A DNA stretch of 64,000 nucleotides, from assembly GCA_043228905.1 (NCBI GenBank), contig JBHGNT010000008.1, positions 21,390,001 to 21,454,000 of the forward strand, given 5' to 3'. Made by a program: the position numbers and the translations under genes. This DNA is from Azolla caroliniana. Lineage: Eukaryota > Plantae > Polypodiophyta. Below the pieces are notes generated by a model. That model had not been told where the DNA came from and searched no databases. It saw nothing but the letters and a program-made list of their open reading frames with translations. Shown here piece by piece: positions 1 to 9,087 of the stretch (positions are counted from its first letter, which is position 1; every line of letters starts with the position of its first letter).

Positions 1-1582
1 ACCCTCACACCGATCCGGAGACCCCGGCTGTTCGGCCAACGTGGCAACGTAAGACCGAGGGAGAAGGACGGTGGCGGTAGGGAACAGGACCCGACGACAC
101 GAGGTTTCGGAAGGGCTAAGCGGGCTACTACGGGGTGTTCCTCGGATGCAAAGGACACCGGTATGCGGGTGAACGACGATGCACGATCTGGCCAAAAAGG
201 GGGCCGACAAGACGTGCAGTAAACCGGAGTGCGACACAGGCGGTGCCAAACAACGGGCGAGGGTACATGGCACACGGAGGTGCCGGAGCGGAAAGGCGAG
301 CGCGGAGATAGGTTGCGCGGTTCGGAGGTATCGCGGAGAAGACCGGAAAGGGATCCCCACACCGTTCCGGAGACCATGGCGGTTCGAGCCAACGCGGCGA
401 TGTAAGACCATGGAGAAGGAAGGTGGCAGCGAGAGGACGAGGGCAACACGAAACGACATGGGACAGCAATCAGGACGACACTGATGATCAACGAAGGCCA
501 AGAAGGCCGCTATGAGCGTTCCTCAAATGGAGGACATCGGGCATACGGCGGGAAGCGAGGTGTTCATACGGCCAAACAAGGGCCAACGGAAGTACGCGTA
601 CTACGGAGATCGCGGTAGAGGACCCATCGACGGGTCGGACGAGCCTAGGGGAGGTAAGCGCGAAGGAAGAATCGAAGCCGACGGATCAAACCGGCAACAA
701 GCCGGGATGCGGATCACGGAAGACCGGTTTCTCGCCGGCCGAAATCTCTCACCCTTCATCCAGATTTGGCACGTACCGGTGGACGTGCAGTTAGGTGGGG
801 GCGGATGTCGTGAAGAATTTCAGCCAGAGGCGGAAACCGGGAAACATTGGCTACATCGGCGGGGTGCAGCGTGTGTACGCACCCGTGTACATTTAGTGTG
901 AATATCGAGGGCGCCTTTATGGCGCCGAAGAGTAGTCAAGTCGGGACAGTCGATCCCATGTAAGTCAGGATATGTCCCACATTGTAACGCATCCCTTTCT
1001 TTGTTCTATAAAAGGAAGGGAACGCCCTTTGTGTAAGGGTTGCCCATTTTGCATTAGAGGGTATACCGTTAGGTTTAGAGTTAGGTTCTTCTTCTTCTTC
1101 TCCTTCTTCGTGTTTTGCTTAGGGTTTGCTTTGGTTCGGCCTCCTGTGCAAGACCCCGCTCGGCGTGACGAGCTGAGAGCTCCCCGACGGCGGCTTGACA
1201 GCAGACGACTACTGTAACCTACCTCAGTCCGGCTCGACGCCGGGAATGTATTCTTCCCTTTATATGTATATATATATACGTTTGTTTGTGTATATTCGCG
1301 TCGTTCTTGGCGTCGGGTGCCTACCCTTTCCTGCGTTTTCTGTACATAAGGCGTGAGTCGGGTTGGGCTGTGTGTGTGTGTGTGTGCGTGAGTCGGTGTT
1401 AAACACGCTCTCTCTCTCTCTCCCTTCGGTTGCTTCCGGTGTGCTTCTGGGATGCCCCGGAAACGGTGAAGTGCGACTTCCTACGCTCCGTCGCTCCCTA
1501 GTCCAAGACCCCCGTGGTCCTGCCTTTCCCCACGCACGCGCGTAACAACGCGACAACGTATCCTCGTCGTATTTTCACGACA
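1..1582 (+). mobile_element. 3' end of a Ty3/Gypsy LTR retrotransposon (3' internal region, PPT and 3' LTR); 5' part lies outside the window
   Basis: PPT GGTGGGGGCGGA (794-805). Its context (ccggtggacgtgcag...) resembles the PPT context of Gypsy C at 31019-31049. An LTR with 9-bp terminal inverted repeats follows. The internal region has a degenerate ~350-bp-period repeat (11-90 vs 363-440). Confidence 0.75.
806..1582 (+). repeat. Gypsy 3' LTR (777 bp)
   Basis: Starts TGTCGTGAA, ends TTCACGACA; TATA-like CTATAAAAGG near 1006; U5 motif CCTAGTCCAA shared with Gypsy C LTRs. Confidence 0.75.
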
Positions 1583-1951
1583 ACGGTCCGGTAGTCGGAG
1601 GCCGAACAGAAACGATCATAAAACAGTGAAGAGATCGAATAGCAGCGGCCGAACCGGCCGAAATCCAGCATGTGGCCGGAAAGACACGGCCAAACCAAGA
1701 GACAGTCGGTCAGACAACCGCCCAAACAGGGTTGGCTGCCAAACTGCATGGGCCGAATCGACGTCCAACAACCGACGGAGAGACGGCAACAGCCCCGAAC
1801 AAAGTCGGCCCCTGGACAGCGGTAACCGATCGGACAGACATAAGGGGAAGGGGGAAAGAGGAAAGAGGAGAATGAGGAAGGCACACAAGAAACACAAAAA
1901 GAAAGAATGGCATTGACGAAACGAAGAAAACAAAGTGAAGAAAGAATGATG

Positions 1952-2167
1952 AAGAAAATTAAGGAAGTTTGTCATGGATGGTCCCTTGTCAACAAACAGA
2001 AGCCCATATGGATGAGGAAGCTTGAGGGGATTACAAAAGAGGAATATGCCACCTTCTACAAAAGTTTGACTAATGATTGGGAAGAACATCTGGTTGTGAA
2101 GCATTTCTCTGTGGAAGGGCAATTAGAGTTTAAAGTCGTGCTTTATGTACCTAAGAGGCCCACCTTC
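1952..2167 (+). pseudogene. HSP90: Cytosolic HSP90 gene fragment (linker and start of middle domain)
   Basis: Translates to [72 protein letters not shown], which matches the conserved plant HSP90 segment. Flanks are unrelated to HSP90. Confidence 0.9.
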
Positions 2168-2984
2168 ACAAAATGCACCAGAATTCTTGAGGAGAAGAAG
2201 CAAGAAAGAATAAGGAGAAGAAAGAAAGAAAGAAAGAACGAGCATAGTAAGACTGAAAGAATGGATTTCGAGCTTGGTGTTGGTCCTGTTGCCTCCTCCT
2301 CAACCACGGAGTCTAATCCATTAACTGCAAATCAGCTAACAGAACTTGCATTCGGAAAGAATGATGAGGCCTTCTTCATTGTAGAGATTCATGAGGAACA
2401 AAAAGAAAAAGAGAGGGGCAGGTGACCAAATTTTAGAAACATAAGGGCATGACATGGAATTTTGAAAACTTAAGGGCAAAAAATACAATTTTAAAAAATT
2501 TGAGGGTAAAATTGACATGGAATACGCGGATTAATCTCCAGCAACAACTGAAGCATAGATCACTTGATGACAATCGAAAACAAAAATCACAGACTAAATG
2601 GGAATGGAGGTAAGTCGACAAAACAGAAAGAGAATACACAAGATATTAACGTGGAAAACCCTGAGAGGGAAAAACCACGGGAGTCCGCAGACTCCAAACT
2701 ATCACTCTGTAAAGTAATACAACATGGAGCATAGAGGCAACGACCTCTTTCTCACAATCTTCGCCTAGCGATGGTTACAACAGAGACACAATCTCTGTAT
2801 GTCGCTCTCTCTCTCTCTCTCTGTAGGTGTCGACCGTCGCTATCACCTACACCTCTTACGGCGTCGTGACGAGAGAGTACAAATGTGCTTCTACACTTAT
2901 ACCTAGCGCGCAAGACATCAATGCTCGGCTAAGTTTTTTCTGCCCTTTTTGACTTTTTCTTTCATTTATTCTTTGAATTACAAC

Positions 2985-3776
2985 ATGACTTCTCGACGAA
3001 ACCATAAGGAAACACACGACGAAATGATAAGTAAGGAAGAATTTTTAGATGTCCTTAACCGGTTAGTAAAATTTGAAAAATGGGCGAAAGAAATTGAAGC
3101 TGAAAAACAAAAAGATAAGGAAGAAAAAGAACTACTTTTTGCGGAAATAGCGAAACTTAAGGTAGATAATGTGAACCTCCGAAAACAAGTTAAGGACCTC
3201 GAGATATCTAGGGAAGATGGTGAAATATCTTCCCTAGAGGATATTAAGGACGAGATAAAAAAGGTTAAAGAAGAGGTTAAAAGTGATATGGAATTAGCTA
3301 AAACTGGGTGGGTTGATGTAGTAAAACGTAATATTAAAAAAGAACTAAAGGATGAAAACATTGTAAACACTACCCTCGAGGAAGAAAAAATGCGTCAAGC
3401 TCGACGCCTAAATGTACGAGTTACTGGGCTCAAGGAAGGGGCATCTCCGGATGAAGATGCACAAACATTAGGGAAAATGTTAGGGTACGAAGCCCTACCA
3501 ATCACTAAAACCTGGAGGGTAGGGCGTGACACAACTAGGAAAAGAGCTTTAGTCCTTCAGTTTAAGGACTCAGAATCTAGAATCGCCTTTTTTAAAAAGA
3601 GACCAATTCTTCGAGGCTTGGGCGGGGAGCCTATCTACCTCGATGAAGACTTGACCAAGATGCAAATTGAGCATCGTAAAACTTGTATGCCACGAGTCAT
3701 ACAAGCTCGTAAAGAGGGGCATCGTGCTTTCTACCGGGACGGACGTGTCATAATAAATGATCGTGCCGCCAATTGA
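2985..3776 (+). CDS. LINE ORF1 (coiled coil plus RRM/CTD-like domain), 263 aa
   Basis: First ATG at 2985; E/K-rich heptad region, then RRLNVRVTGLKE...RVGR...LVLQF...IYLDEDLT. Confidence 0.85.
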   Translation: MTSRRNHKETHDEMISKEEFLDVLNRLVKFEKWAKEIEAEKQKDKEEKELLFAEIAKLKVDNVNLRKQVKDLEISREDGEISSLEDIKDEIKKVKEEVKSDMELAKTGWVDVVKRNIKKELKDENIVNTTLEEEKMRQARRLNVRVTGLKEGASPDEDAQTLGKMLGYEALPITKTWRVGRDTTRKRALVLQFKDSESRIAFFKKRPILRGLGGEPIYLDEDLTKMQIEHRKTCMPRVIQARKEGHRAFYRDGRVIINDRAAN

Positions 3777-3782
3777 CGGCGT

Positions 3783-6700
3783 GTGGCCCATGTGACAGAT
3801 AATAAACTTAGGATCACTTTATGGAACTGTAACGGCGCACTTTGGACACATCCTGGCCGTCTAGAGGAGATTTTGAAAGTATCTGATATACTTTTTGTAG
3901 TAGAAACACATCAAAGCCCAAATCGAGGACTGCCACGAGTTGACGGTTTTCGTTGGGAATCTGTCTTTAGACAAACCTCACGTCGACACACTACTAGAGG
4001 GTCTGGGGGGGTTGCGATATTATTTCGGAAAGAGATAAATAATAGGATAGAAATACTAAAGTCAGACCCAGAAGCCCGTTTTATGTGGGTGAAAGTCCTC
4101 ACTAGTAAGGATCAGGTGATATTTATCGCAGTTTGTTACTTCCCCCCGAAAGGGTCCCGCTACAATATGGCTGGAGAGGCGAGTATAGTTGATGAAGGAA
4201 CGCCACATGGGCCTTCTCCATACGAACCTTTGTCGGATGACATAATCCGATATTCTTCTCAAGGGGAAGTCTTCCTGGTAGGAGATTTCAATGCGAGAAC
4301 CCAGTCCCGACAATGCACAATATTTCAGATGGATAGAAACCTAGAAATGGTGAATGTCGACCCTTTAGCCTTAGGCATAACACGTACATCGAAGGATCAA
4401 GGTGCGGATGCCACAAGCTTTGGCCATCATCTGCTTGAACTTGGAAGCCGACACCAGATGATCATATATAATGGCTTAGCCAAGTGGCCGGGCTCGGAGG
4501 AGCTCACATGTTTCCCACATGGAGGAGGGGAAAGCACCGTTGATTATCTAATAGGACGCCCTGAAGCTACCCACATGGTTAGCTCCTTCCGGGTGGCCCC
4601 ATGCCCCATTGGGGCAGACCATACCTTCCTATACTTTGAGCTAAAATGTGACACCTCCCACACCACCAACTCTAGTAAACCAACCCATCACACTATAATA
4701 CATTTCACGCATGAGCTCGCGGACATCTACTCTCGACATGTTCAAGCCCATCTTTCCTCGTTTGATTCTTCCTTGCCTTTAGAGAACCTCACTACAGAAC
4801 TCACACACATCCTTCACTCAGCCGCCACTAGTAGCTTCCCATACACGAAAGACTCCAATCATAGTAGAATAGGGTCTATGCCACAAAACAAGTGGTATGA
4901 CGAGGATTGTAGAGAGTTGTATAGACAACTTAAAGTATCGCGACTCAGTGGTACTATCTCCTTAGTACAGGCTCGCAAAGAGATGCGCAAGATGACACGT
5001 CGTAAAAGACGAGCTTGGGAAGCATCTCAATATTGGGAACTCTACCATATGCTCATGAGTAGGGATTGTGCCCTTGCATGGAAGAGACTACGGGAACCGA
5101 AACCACAAACACCCATCGAGGATCCCAATATTTGGCACACATATACCGAGAGACTCTACCATGTCCCGAACCAACCACCCATTCCAATGCCCTCCACACC
5201 TCGACCTACCATGGGGACACTTTTCACGACCTCTAGGGTCACGAAGGTCATAAAAAAATTACAACATAGGAAATCCATGGACCACACAGGATTGCGAGCC
5301 GAGCACATCATATATGCTCGAGAGTGCCTAGCTCCCCTTCTCACTCTAATCTTCAACCGCGCCCTCGCCGAGGGTTTTCCACCACAATGGGCCATGAACA
5401 CTGTGGCCCCTATACATAAAGGAGGGGACCCAATGGACCCAAATACATATAGGACCATTATGATAGGTCATACGCTTGCTAAACTATATGGTGCAGTAAT
5501 GGAAGCGGAGCTCAGTGATTATATGGAAACATTAAGTCTTCGAGCACCTGAGCAGGCTGGCTTTAGACGAGCCTTCTCCACTATTGACCACATCTTCACA
5601 CTTAGGTGCTTAATTGACCAAACAAAGGCTCGTAAGAAGAAACTATATTGTTGCTTTGTGGACTTTCGCAAAGCCTTTGATACAGTTCCTAGGGAGAGGT
5701 TGTTTGATAGACTTAAGAGCTTGGAGATACCAAATGACATGATTTGGGCCATTTATGCCCTATATGAGCAAGTCTATGGGCGCGTAAGATGCCCAGGTGG
5801 CCTATCCGATTGTTTCACTAGCACCATTGGTGTAAAACAGGGTTGCCCCCTATCACCGACTCTTTTTGGGATCTACATTGATGAGATCACTGATTTTATT
5901 GCTCGTAAGGGAGGCAAAGGAGTGGCTATTGGGGATACGCAAGTTAGTCTCTTACTCTACGCAGACGACATTGTCTTGCTCTCGGAGTCGGAACACGACC
6001 TACAAAAGCATCTTAATGCCCTAGATGACTTTTGTACACAACGAGGACTGGTAGTGAATCTAGCGAAAACTAAAGTCCTTATCTTTCATACATCGTCCAG
6101 ACTTAGGAGTAAATGTCACCTCATCCTCTCTCATAAACTAGTTGAGGTGGTGGGATCTTATGTATACTTGGGAGTCACTTTTAGTGCTCGCTCAGGTAAA
6201 TTCTCGATGACCCAGGCAGCCAAAGATAGGCTAACGAGAGGATATGCATCCCTCTCACTCTTAGAGAGACAATGCCACCAAGCATACTTTCAAGAGCCAC
6301 GGACTAAGGGATGGCTTTTCGACTCATTAGTGACCCCGTCCCTCATGTATGCATCAGTAGTATGGGCTCCAGGTCTACCATCTTTTATGTGGACGCAATT
6401 GGAGAGACCTTTAGTGGTGATGTTATCACGTCAACTCCGAAGCAAATCGACAGTACCACATGACATTATTAGAGCGGAGTTTAGCCTACCCCCGATGTTA
6501 GTAGAAGCACTCTTTCAAGTGGTAGCTTTTATTCATCGGATACATAGTCAACCACAAGATAGGATATCCCGTCGAGCCTTTGAGGCATCCCGATCCTTAC
6601 ATGTGTCTGGAGACACCAACTCTTGGTATAGCATTGTGGTGAGTTGGTTATTTGCAAATGGCATAGACATTAATAACCTACCTCCCCTTAAGTACAACCA

Positions 6701-7529
6701 TGGGACTGATCAAACTTTAATCTCTCGTGAAGATCGTAATAAAGTGATACGCCAAGAAATATGGCAAATCTACACTCGATACAAATGGATCACCCCACGA
6801 GAGCCACTCCCATCTAAAATGGTGTACTATAAGGAACACTTCTTGCACTTCTCTAAGTTAGGGTTTATTACACGACCAAGATACCTAGATACTTTCTTAT
6901 CAAATGCACTAAGGGTGGCCATTGGACAACTTAGGATATCATCTCACCAACTTGAGATTGAGAATGGTCGAGCTAATAGAGTCCCTAGAGAGGAAAGGCT
7001 ATGTAGGTTATGCCACATAGAGATAGAGGATGAGTATCACTTCACATGCAAGTGCCCAACTTATGCCGAGATACGGGCGGAATACCAAGACATACTAGGA
7101 CCCTCTCCCACCCTCTCCAAACTATTAGATACCCCGAGTGTAAAGAGACTAGGTAGGTATATCTTAGAGCTAAAACAACATAGGGAGGATAAATTACAAA
7201 GTGTTAATCATAACCCTTTTACTACTCATCAACATGTACCTAGTGTAATTTTTCAGGAACATGGGGAGACGATGAATGTGGATACACTTATGCCGCTCGG
7301 CCTCTCCCTTGAGGAAGCAGAAATACAAAGAGCAACCAAACGTCCTCGGATGTTGGGCTTCAACACAAGTCAACGTGGAGTAGAAAAGATTAAGAAGATA
7401 AGGGAACGTGAGCTACGTCGACTCGAAGCTATGGTTGGGGTACCTCTTACATGGGGACCACGGGCCACATCCACATCATGGCAACCCTTTGACCCCCCGC
7501 TTCTCTTCGAGAGACTTGGATGGAAATGA
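3783..7529 (+). CDS. LINE ORF2: AP endonuclease, reverse transcriptase and Cys/His C-terminal domain (no N-terminal ATG)
   Basis: APE motifs WNCNG, VETH, GDFNA, TVDY, ADH; RT motifs QAGFR, VDFRKAFD, GVKQGCPLSP, YADD; C-terminal LRISSHQLEIENGR...CRLC...EDEYHF..CP. Confidence 0.92.
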   Translation: MAHVTDNKLRITLWNCNGALWTHPGRLEEILKVSDILFVVETHQSPNRGLPRVDGFRWESVFRQTSRRHTTRGSGGVAILFRKEINNRIEILKSDPEARFMWVKVLTSKDQVIFIAVCYFPPKGSRYNMAGEASIVDEGTPHGPSPYEPLSDDIIRYSSQGEVFLVGDFNARTQSRQCTIFQMDRNLEMVNVDPLALGITRTSKDQGADATSFGHHLLELGSRHQMIIYNGLAKWPGSEELTCFPHGGGESTVDYLIGRPEATHMVSSFRVAPCPIGADHTFLYFELKCDTSHTTNSSKPTHHTIIHFTHELADIYSRHVQAHLSSFDSSLPLENLTTELTHILHSAATSSFPYTKDSNHSRIGSMPQNKWYDEDCRELYRQLKVSRLSGTISLVQARKEMRKMTRRKRRAWEASQYWELYHMLMSRDCALAWKRLREPKPQTPIEDPNIWHTYTERLYHVPNQPPIPMPSTPRPTMGTLFTTSRVTKVIKKLQHRKSMDHTGLRAEHIIYARECLAPLLTLIFNRALAEGFPPQWAMNTVAPIHKGGDPMDPNTYRTIMIGHTLAKLYGAVMEAELSDYMETLSLRAPEQAGFRRAFSTIDHIFTLRCLIDQTKARKKKLYCCFVDFRKAFDTVPRERLFDRLKSLEIPNDMIWAIYALYEQVYGRVRCPGGLSDCFTSTIGVKQGCPLSPTLFGIYIDEITDFIARKGGKGVAIGDTQVSLLLYADDIVLLSESEHDLQKHLNALDDFCTQRGLVVNLAKTKVLIFHTSSRLRSKCHLILSHKLVEVVGSYVYLGVTFSARSGKFSMTQAAKDRLTRGYASLSLLERQCHQAYFQEPRTKGWLFDSLVTPSLMYASVVWAPGLPSFMWTQLERPLVVMLSRQLRSKSTVPHDIIRAEFSLPPMLVEALFQVVAFIHRIHSQPQDRISRRAFEASRSLHVSGDTNSWYSIVVSWLFANGIDINNLPPLKYNHGTDQTLISREDRNKVIRQEIWQIYTRYKWITPREPLPSKMVYYKEHFLHFSKLGFITRPRYLDTFLSNALRVAIGQLRISSHQLEIENGRANRVPREERLCRLCHIEIEDEYHFTCKCPTYAEIRAEYQDILGPSPTLSKLLDTPSVKRLGRYILELKQHREDKLQSVNHNPFTTHQHVPSVIFQEHGETMNVDTLMPLGLSLEEAEIQRATKRPRMLGFNTSQRGVEKIKKIRERELRRLEAMVGVPLTWGPRATSTSWQPFDPPLLFERLGWK

Positions 7530-7748
7530 AATTAGGCCTAGTATAGAATCATTCTCATTGTAGAACATGTTTTTTTATATAGAACATGTTTGTTGTTTTC
7601 TTAGAACTATTTAGCTTAAACCCTATTTTATCTTATTTTTATTTTTACTTTCGATGAATGGGTAAATATCCCATTTTTGTTGTACACCTTTTGTCTCATG
7701 GGCCAATTTTGGCCTTAGAAGACGTTAATATATCTTTCTTTCTTTCTT

Positions 7749-7779
<31 letters not shown>

Positions 7780-8596
7780 TACGCATTGTACAGAGGTTAC
7801 ACCAATAACTCTATCCTCATCACTATTAAGTTTGCCCTAGGTCATATTTATACTAATATGACTTTTGGGCTATTTACAAATATAGCCCCAGTGGCCTCTC
7901 TAGAACATATTTACATATATGTCCCTTCCATCCGATGAGAGGTTCTCACCGGGCCTGCAACATCCGGTTCTCACCGGGTCTTCCGTTGCCAGCCACTCCA
8001 CATCCGGATTCGGCCTCGGCCGAGTTGCTCATCAACACTTTTCTTCTCACTTCCCATCCAGAGGGACCTGTTTCCTAACAAAAATTTAGAATTTAAAAAA
8101 CGAAGGGGGTACAACATAAAATTTTGAAAACACAACTCACATGATGAAAGAAAGAATACACATACACACAACGCGATCTTATGACCCATGCCGCAGTGGG
8201 CGAGCCGATTAGTGTGTGATCCAATCGAGAGATGTGTTGACCGAACGAGAAGGTTCGAGTCAAGCAAGCTCCAATTGAAATTATCAATCGTAGACATATG
8301 ATCCGGTCGAGGGATTTCCGACCGTTGAGACAACCGATGGAGTTCCGATCGCTAAGAGTTGCCATGGCGAGTGGGTTGATTTTGCAATGCACTATCCCAC
8401 ATGTGTGCCATGTGTTACCCATAGGAGTTGTACAGGGAGGTATAAGGGTGGAACACTATAAAGTGGTTGTTGTGTATGTGTAATGTATATGAGTGTGTCA
8501 GGATAAATATGTGTATGAACACATGCACAATTATGTGCATGTGTACAAGAATGTAATGGTCTTTTTGTATTAGTCATATTAGTAACCGTTACATTA

Positions 8597-9005
8597 TGTT
8601 GAGAGACAAGCTCAACATTTGTGCGTAATACGATGGGTAACTAGTGCGTAGACTAGGTGCGTAAACTCGGTACGCATAACATGGTCGTAGCGGTGCATAA
8701 ACCGCGAGGCCGTTAGAAAGATATTCCTCATAAGGAATAGTTTTGGGAGTAAGTGTCGAGGCTCATTTATGAGCAGTCAAGTACTGTTAGTACTTGTGTC
8801 AGCCCGATTGTCAGGGCTTGTATAAAAGTGCTCACTGAGCACATCCTATGTACAGATTGAGTATTATTTTTTAATTAAGTTCTTGTGCTTACTCTCTCTC
8901 TCTGTGTGTCTCTCTCGTGTGTACTATGCAAACCTAAGCTTTCCATTAAACCTATGTCTTCTGTTGTTCTGTCTCCTATATTGCTTCCGCATGACATTCT
9001 TTTCA
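8597..9005 (+). repeat. Copia A 5' LTR (409 bp)
   Basis: TGTTGAGAG...TTTTCA; near-identical to 13894-13903 + 32139-32535; followed by a tRNA-iMet PBS. Confidence 0.95.
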
Positions 9006-9087
9006 TGGTATCAGAGCGCGAGGGTTGAGAACCTCTGCAGCCAACTTTACTTGAAGGGAAAACCAATGAAGAAGAACAACAAAACCG

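Larger units (their letters stand above)
2823..7754 (+). mobile_element. Full-length non-LTR retrotransposon, RTEX-like, with a (TTTC)n tail
   Basis: Two uninterrupted ORFs; 3' (TTTC)n tail at ~7733-7754; flanked on both sides by (TC)n. Clade assignment is inferred from the ORF2 C-terminal motif and the tail type. Confidence 0.85.
2513..8080 (-). mobile_element. Copia solo LTR (related to the D family), interrupted by a LINE at its (TC)n tract
   Basis: TGACATGG...TTCCTAACA with 5-bp TSD AAAAT (2508-2512 and 8081-8085). The halves 2513-2822 and ~7755-8080 are colinear with solo LTR 17344-17900. Confidence 0.9.
2425..8138. mobile_element. Possible Mutator-like (MULE) terminal repeat, 2425-2512 + 8086-8138, split by the solo LTR insertion
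   Basis: Removing 2513-8085 joins an AT-rich tract with periodic AAGGG(N)nAATTTT motifs ending ...AAAACACAACTC, the usual look of plant MULE TIRs. No partner TIR is seen in the window. Confidence 0.4.

Noticed and set aside
481-500. Other CTGATGA hits (481, 22581, 42223, 53225, 59355) as hammerheads
   Set aside because: None has stem II plus GAAA plus NUH in the right arrangement.
128-901. Short GC-rich ORFs as genes
   Set aside because: No recognisable domains; they lie in the Gypsy 3' internal region and LTR.
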